Assembly: GCA_964016885.1 (NCBI GenBank)
Contig: OZ024742.1
Span: 8,494,001 to 8,558,000 of the forward strand
Source of the DNA: Eledone cirrhosa
Taxonomy: Eukaryota
Length of the DNA: 64,000 nt
Direction: 5' to 3'
The position numbers and the translations under genes are program-made. The notes beneath the pieces were generated by a model. The model saw only the letters and a list, made by a program, of their open reading frames with translations. It was not told the DNA's origin and did no database searches. Shown piece by piece: positions 56,201 through 64,000 of this stretch. The first letter of the stretch is position 1; each line of letters starts with the position of its first letter.

Positions 56201-59200
56201 GTATACTTCTTCAGTGTAAACCTACAGACTCTGCTCTGCTGGACTGCCCTATCTCAGTACATATCTTCTAGTATACTTCTTCAGTGTAAACCTACAGACC
56301 CTGCACTGCTAGACTGCCCTATCTCAGTACATATCTTCTAGTATACTTCTTCAGTGTAAACCATCAGACTCTGCACTGCTAGACTGCCCTATCTCAGTAC
56401 ATATCTTCTAGTATACTTCTTCAGTGTAAACCTACAGACTCTGCTCTGCTAGACTGCCCTATCTCAGTACATATCTTCTAATATACTTCTTCAGTGTAAA
56501 GCTACAGGCTCTGCACTGCTAGACTGCCCTATCTCAGTACATATCTTCTAGTATACTTCTTCAGTGTAAATCTACAGACTCTGCACTGCTAGACTGCCCT
56601 ATCTCAGTACATATCTTCTAGTATACTTCTTCAGTGTAAACCTACAGACTCTGCACTGCTAGACTGCCCTACCTCAGTACATATCTTCTATTATAATTCT
56701 TCAGTGTAAACCTACAGACTCTGCACTGCTAGACTGCCCTACCTCAGTACATATCTTCTAGTATACTTCTTCAGTGTAAACCTACAGACTCTGCACTGCT
56801 AGACTGCCCTATCTCAGTACATATATTCTAGTATACTTCTTCAATGTAAACCTACAGACTCTGCACTGCTAGACTGCCCTATCTCAGTACATATCTTCTA
56901 GTATACTTCTTCAGTGTAAATCTACAGACTCTGCACTGCTAGACTGCCCTATCTCAGTACATATCTTCTAGTATACTTCTTCAGTGTAAATCTACAGACT
57001 CTACTCTGCTATACTGCCCTATCTCAGTACATATTTTCTAGTATACTTCCTCAGTGTAAACCTACAGACTCTGCTCTGCTAGACTGCCCTATCTCAGTAC
57101 ATATCTTCTAGTATACTTCCTCAGAGTAAACCTACAGACTCTGCCCTGCTAGACTGCCTTATCTCAGTACATATTTTCTAGTATAATTCCTCAGTGTAAA
57201 CCTACAGACTCTGCTCTGCTAGACTGCCCTATCTCAGTACATATCTCCTAGTATACTTCTTAAGTGTAAACCTACAGACTCTGCTCTGCTAGACTGCCCT
57301 ATCTCAGTACATATCTTCTAGTATACTTCTTCAATGTAAACCTGCAGACTCTGCACTGCTAGACTGCCCTATCTCAGTACATATCTTCTAGTATACTTCC
57401 TCAGTGTAAACCTACAGACTCTGCTCTGCTAGACTGCCCTATCTCAGTACATATTTTCTAGTATATTTCTTCAGTGTAAACTACAGACTCTGCTCTGCTA
57501 GACTGCCCTATCTCAGTACATATCTTCTAGTATACTTCCTCAGTGTAAACCTACAGACTCTGCTCTGCTAGACTGCCCTATCGCAGTACATATCTTCTAG
57601 TATATTTCCTCAGAGTAAACCTACAGACTCTGCTCTGCTACACTGCCCTATCTCAGTACATATTTTCTAGTATAATTCCTCAGTGTAAACCTACAGACTC
57701 TGCTCTGCTAGACTGCCCTATCTCAGTACATATCTTCTAGTATACTTCTTCAGTGTAAACCTACAGATTCTGCACTGCTAGACTGCCCTATCTCAGTACA
57801 TATCTTCTCGTATACTTCTTCAGTGTAAACCTACAGACTCTGCACTGCTAGACTGCCCTATCTCAGTACATATCTTCTAGTATACTTCTTCAGTGTAAAC
57901 CTACAGATTCTGCACTGCTAGACTGCCCTATCTCAGTACATATCTTCTAGTATAATTCTTCAATGTAAATCTACAGACTCTGCTCTGCTAGACTGCCCTA
58001 TCTCAGTACATATCTTCTAGTATAATTCTTCAGTGTAAACCTACAGACTCTGCACTGCTAGACTGCCCTATCTCAGTACATATCTTCTAGTATACTTCTT
58101 CAGTGTAAATCTACAGACTCTACTCTGCTACACTGCCCTATCTCAGTACATATTTTCTAGTATACTTCCTCAGTGTAAACCTACAGACTCTGCTCTGCTA
58201 GACTGCCCTATCTCAGTACATATCTTCTAGTATACTTCTTCAGTGTAAACCTACAGACTCTGCTCTGCTAGACTGCCCTATCTCAGTACATATCTTCTAG
58301 TATACTTCTTCAGTGTAAACCTACAGACTCTGCACTGCTAGACTGCCCTATCGCAGTACATATCTTCTAGTATACTTCCTCAGTGTAAACCTACAGACTC
58401 TGCTCTGCTAGACTGCCCTATCTCTGTACATATCTTCTAGTATACTTCTTCAATGTAAACCTACAGACTCTGCACTGCTAGACTGCCCTATCGCAGTACA
58501 TATCTTCTAGTATACTTCCTCAGTGTCAACCTACAGACTCTGCTCTGCTAGACTGCCCAATCTCAGTACATATCTTCTAGTATACTTCCTCAGTGTAAAC
58601 CTACAGACTCTGCACTGCTAGACTGCCCTATCTCAGTACATATCTTCTAGTATACTTCTTCAGTGTAAACCTACAGACTCTGCACTGCTAGACTGCCCTA
58701 TCTCAGTACATATCTTCTAGTATACTTCTTCAATGTTAATCTACAGACTCTGTCTGCTAGACTGCCCTATCTCAGTACATATCTTCTAGTATACTTCCTT
58801 AGTGTAAACCCACAGACTCTGCTCTGCTAGACTGCCCTATCTCAGTACATATCTTCTAGTATACTTCTTCAGTGTAAACCTACAGACTCTGCTCTGCTAG
58901 ACTGTCCTATCTCAGTACATATCTTCTAGTATACTTCTTAAGTGTAAACCTACAGACTCTGCTCTGCTAGACTGTCCTATCTCAGTACATATCTTCTAGT
59001 ATACTTCTTCAATGTAAACCTACAGACTCTGCACTGCAAGACTGCCCTATCTCAGTACATATCTTCTAGTATACTTCCTCAGTGTAAACCTACAGACTCT
59101 GCTCTGCTAGACTGCCCTACCTCAGTACATATTTTCTAGTATACTTCTTCAGTGTAAACTACAGTCTCTGCTCTGCTAGACTGCCCTATCTCAGTACATA

Positions 59201-62200
59201 TCTTCTAGTATACTTCTTCAGTGTAAACCTACAGACTCTGCTCTGCTAGACTGCCCTATCTCAGTACATATCTTCTAGTATACTTCTTCAGTGTAAACCT
59301 ACAGACTCTGCACTGCTAGACTGCCCTATCTCAGTACATATCTTCTAGTATACTTCTTCAGTGTAAACCATCAGACTCTGCACTGCTAGACTGCCCTATC
59401 TCAGTACATATTTCTAGTAAACTTCTTCAGTGTAAACCTACAGACTCTGCTCTGCTAGACTGCCCTATCTCAGTACATATCTTCTAATATACTTCTTCAG
59501 TGTAAAGCTACAGGCTCTGCACTGCTAGACTGCCCTATCTCAGTACATATCTTCTAGTATACTTCTTCAGTGTAAACCTACATACTCTGCACTGCTAGAA
59601 TGCCCTATCTCAGTACATATCTTCTCGTATACTTCTTCAGTGTAAACCTACAGATTCTGCACTGCTAGACTGCCCTATCTCAGTACATATCTTCTAGTAT
59701 AATTCTTCAGTGTAAACCTACAGACTCTGCACTGCTAGACTGCCCTATCTCAGTACATATCTTCTAGTATACTTCTTCAGTGTAAATCTACAGACTCTAC
59801 TCTGCTACACTGCCCTATCTCAGTACATATTTTCTAGTATACTTCCTCAGTGTAAACCTACAGACTCTGCTCTGCTAGACTGCCCTATCTCAGTACATAT
59901 CTTCTAGTATACTTCTTCAGTGTAAACCTACAGATTCTGCTCTGCTAGACTGCCCTATCTCAGTACATATCTTCTAGTATACATCTTCAGTGTAAACCTA
60001 CAGACTCTGCTCTGCTAGACTGCCCTATCGCAGTACATATCTTCTAGTATACTTCCTCAGTGTAAACCTACAGACTCTGCTCTGCTAGACTGCCCTATCT
60101 CTGTACATATCTTCTAGTATACTTCTTCAATGTAAACCTACAGACTCTGCACTGCTAGACTGCCCTATCGCAGTACATATCTTCTAGTATACTTCCTCAG
60201 TGTCAACCTACAGACTCTGCTCTGCTAGACTGCCCTATCTCAGTACATATCTTCTAGTATACTTCCTCAGTGTAAACCTACAGACTCTGCTCTGCTAGAC
60301 TGCCCTATCTCAGTACATATCTTCTAGTATACTACTTCAGTGTAAACCTACAGACTCTGCTCTGCTAGACTGCCCTATCTCAGTACATATCTTCTAGTAT
60401 ACTTCTTAAGTGTAAACCTACAGACTCTGCTCTGCTAGACTGCCCTATCTCAGTACATATCTTCTAGTATACTTCTTCAATGTAAACCTACAGACTCTGC
60501 ACTGCTAGACTGCCCTATCTCAGTACATATCTTCTAGTATACTTCCTCAGTGTAAACCTACAGACTCTGCTCAGCTAGACTGCCCTATCTCAGTACATAT
60601 TTTCTAGTATACTTCTTCAGTGTAAACTACAGACTCTGCTCTGCTAGACTGCCCTATCTCAGTACATATCTTCTAGTATACTTCTTCAGTGTAAACCTAC
60701 AGACTCTGCTCTGCTAGACTGCCCTATCTCAGTACATATCTTCTAGTATACTTCTTCAGTGTAAACCTACAGACTCTGCACTGCTAGACTGCCCTATCTC
60801 AGTACATATCTTCTAGTATACTTCTTCAGTGTAAACCATCAGACTCTGCACTGCTAGACTGCCCTATCTCAGTACATATCTTCTAGTATACTTCTTCAGT
60901 GTAAACCTACAGACTCTGCTCTGCTAGACTGCCCTATCTCAGTACATATCTTCTAATATACTTCTTCAGTGTAAAGCTACAGGCTCTGCACTGCTAGACT
61001 GCCCTATCTCAGTACATATCTTCTAGTATACTTCTTCAGTGTAAACCTACAGACTCTGCACTGCTAGAATGCCCTATCTCAGTACATATCTTCTAGTATA
61101 CTTCTTCAGTGTAAACCTACAGATTCTGCACAGCTAGACTGCCCTATCTCAGTACATATCTTCTAGTATAATTCTTCAATGTAAATCTACAGACTCTGCT
61201 CTGCTAGACTGCCCTATCTCAGTACATATCTTCTAGTATAATTCTTCAGTGTAAACCTACAGACTCTGCACTGCTAGACTGCCCTATCTCAGTACATATC
61301 TTCTAGTATACTTCTTAAGTGTAAATCTACAGACTCTACTCTGCTACACTGCCCTATCTCAGTACATATTTTCTAGTATACTTCCTCAGTGTAAACCTAC
61401 AGACTCTGCTCTGCTAGACTGCCCTATCTCAGTACATATCTTCTAGTATACTTCTTCAGTGTAAACCTACAGACTCTGCTCTGCTAGACTGCCCTATCTC
61501 AGTACATATCTTCTAGTATACTTCTTCAGTGTAAACCTACAGACTCTGCTCTGCTAGACTGCCCTATCTCTGTACATATCTTCTAGTATACTTCTTCAAT
61601 GTAAACCTACAGACTCTGCACTGCTAGACTGCCCTATCTCAGTACATATCTTCTAGTATACTTCCTCAGTGTAAACCTACAGACTCTGCTCTGCTAGACT
61701 GCCCTATCTCAGTACATATCTTCTAGTATACTTCCTCAGTGTAAACCTACAGACTCTGCTCTGCTAGACTGCCCTATCTCAGTACATATCTTCTAGTATA
61801 CTTCCTCAGTGTAAACCTACAGACTCTGCTCTGCTAGACTGCCCTATCTCAGTACATATCTTCTAGTATACTTCTTCAGTGTAAACCTACAGACTCTGCT
61901 CTGCTAGACTGCCCTATCTCAGTACATATCTTCTAGTATACTTCTTAAGTGTAAACCTACAGACTCTGCTCTGCTAGACTGCCCTATCTCAGTACATATC
62001 TTCTAGTATACTTCTTCAATGTAAACCTACAGACTCTGCACTGCTAGACTGCCCTATCTCAGTACATATCTTCTAGTATACTTCCTCAGTGTAAACCTAC
62101 AGACTCTGCTCTGCTAGACTGCCCTACCTCAGTACATATTTTCTAGTATACTTCTTCAGTGTAAATCTACAGACTCTGCTCTGCTAGACTGCCCTATCTC

Positions 62201-64000
62201 AGTACATATCTTCTAGTATACTTCTTCAGTGTAAACCTACAGACTCTGCACTGCTAGACTGCCCTATCTCAGTACATATCTTCTAGTATACTTCCTCAGT
62301 GTAAACCTACAGACTCTGCACTGCTAGACTGCCCTATCTCAGTACATATCTTCTAGTATACTTCTTCAGTGTAAACCATCAGACTCTGCACTGCTAGACT
62401 GCCCTATCTCAGTACATATTTCTAGTAAACTTCTTCAGTGTAAACCTACAGACTCTGCTCTGCTAGACTGCCCTATCTCAGTACATATCTTCTAATATAC
62501 TTCTTCAGTGTAAAGCTACAGGCTCTGCACTGCTAGACTGCCCTATCTCAGTACATATCTTCTAGTATACTTCTTCAGTGTAAACCTACAGACTCTGCAC
62601 TGCTAGAATGCCCTATCTCAGTACATATCTTCTCGTATACTTCTTCAGTGTAAACCTACAGATTCTGCACTGCTAGACTGCCCTATCTCAGTACATATCT
62701 TCTAGTATAATTCTTCAGTATAAACCTACAGACTCTGCACTGCTAGACTGCCCTATCTCAGTACATATCTTCTAGTATACTTCTTCAGTGTAAATCTACA
62801 GACTCTACTCTGCTACACTGCCCTATCTCAGTACATATTTTCTAGTATACTTCCTCAGTGTAAACCTACAGACTCTGCTCTGCTAGACTGCCCTATCTCA
62901 GTACATATCTTCTAGTATACTTCTTCAGTGTAAACCTACAGACTCTGCTCTGCTAGACTGCCCTATCTCAGTACATATCTTCTAGTATACTTCTTCAGTG
63001 TAAACCTACAGACTCTGCTCTGCTAGACTGCCCTATCTCTGTACATATCTTCTAGTATACTTCTTCAATGTAAACCTACAGACTCTGCACTGCTAGACTG
63101 CCCTATCTCAGTACATATCTTCTAGTATACTTCCTCAGTGTAAACCTACAGACTCTGCTCTGCTAGACTGCCCTATCTCAGTACATATCTTCTAGTATAC
63201 TTCCTCAGTGTAAACCTACAGACTCTGCACTGCTAGACTGCCCTATCTCAGTACATATCTTCTAGTATACTTCCTCAGTGTAAACCTACAGACTCTGCTC
63301 TGCTAGACTGCCCTATCTCAGTACATATCTTCTAGTATACTACTTCAGTGTAAACCTACAGACTCTGCTCTGCTAGACTGCCCTATCTCAGTACATATCT
63401 TCTAGTATACTTCCTCAGTGTAAACCTACAGACTCTGCTCAGCTAGACTGCCCTATCTCAGTACATATTTTCTAGTATACTTCTTCAGTGTAAACTACAG
63501 ACTCTGCTCTGCTAGACTGCCCTATCTCAGTACATATCTTCTAGTATACTTCTTCAGTGTAAACCTACAGACTCTGCTCTGCTAGACTGCCCTATCTCAG
63601 TACATATCTTCTAGTATACTTCTTCAGTGTAAACCTACAGACTCTGCACTGCTAGACTGCCCTATCTCAGTACATATCTTCTAGTATACTTCTTCAGTGT
63701 AAACCATCAGACTCTGCACTGCTAGACTGCCCTATCTCAGTACATATCTTCTAGTATACTTCTTCAGTGTAAACCTACAGACTCTGCCCTGCTAGACTGC
63801 CCTATCTCAGTACATATCTTCTAATATACTTCTTCAGTGTAAAGCTACAGGCTCTGCACTGCTAGACTGCCCTATCTCAGTACATATCTTCTAGTATACT
63901 TCTTCAGTGTAAACCTACAGACTCTGCACTGCTAGAATGCCCTATCTCAGTACATATCTTCTAGTATACTTCTTCAGTGTAAACCTACAGATTCTGCACA
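47300..64000. repeat. Array domain F, a variable-length higher-order repeat marked by the AAACCATCAG / CTAATATAC..AAAGCTACAGG cassette
   Basis: CCATC starts at 47340, 49158, 50626, 52095, 54123, 54612, 56361, 59368, 60836, 62376 and 63704. Each is followed two monomers later by the CTAATATAC..AAAGCTAC monomer. I saw none before 47.3 kb. Confidence 0.9.

Larger units (their letters stand above)
1..64000. repeat. Tandem satellite array, 70-bp monomer, about 914.7 copies head-to-tail, running to both window edges
   Basis: The consensus AGTACATATCTTCTAGTATACTTCTTCAGTGTAAACCTACAGACTCTGCWCTGCTAGACTGCCCTATCTC recurs every 70 bp (starts at 1, 71, 141 ... 63949). Most copies differ from it by 0-4 substitutions. 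Phase check: 914x70 - 40 + 8 = 63948, which matches the last monomer start. Confidence 0.99.

Noticed and set aside
1-64000. CRISPR array
   Set aside because: There are no unique spacers. The entire 70 bp is repeated and no cas genes are present.
1-64000. Repeat-protein CDS on either strand
   Set aside because: The period of 70 is not a multiple of 3. The + strand has stops at monomer positions 14, 32 and 55, so any frame closes within about two monomers. The - strand has stops in all three frames of every monomer.
1-64000. Giant ORF under a TAA/TAG-reassigned code, since the + strand consensus lacks TGA
   Set aside because: The non-triplet period, about 40 tolerated 1-bp deletions, sporadic TGA-creating variants and absence of any codon-position pattern all argue against coding.
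1-64000. Inversions, transposon insertions or unique islands
   Set aside because: None seen. The monomer phase can be followed continuously from the first base to the last.

Overview
The whole 64,000-bp window is one uninterrupted, single-orientation satellite array of a 70-bp monomer. The consensus is AGTACATATCTTCTAGTATACTTCTTCAGTGTAAACCTACAGACTCTGC(A/T)CTGCTAGACTGCCCTATCTC (about 41% GC, no CpG). Tracking the repeat phase by eye gives 914 complete monomers plus a 52-bp partial copy (the last starts at 63949), with about 40 one-base deletions and a single 8-bp insertion. I see no genes, RNA genes, CRISPR spacers, transposon insertions, inversions or unique sequence. The structure lies in the variants. 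The monomer is built from five 13-15 bp AG-initiated sub-units. Linked variants form ordered cassettes, and the array splits into domains with their own marker variants. A variable-length higher-order repeat (mode 21 monomers, about 1.47 kb) appears after 47.3 kb, and there are local homogenised runs and multi-kb duplications. The pattern fits a eukaryotic (peri)centromeric or subtelomeric satellite or large VNTR, but I cannot name the family, organism or function. I found no evidence of a new protein-coding system. Variant positions below are numbered along the consensus above, and all counts are manual.
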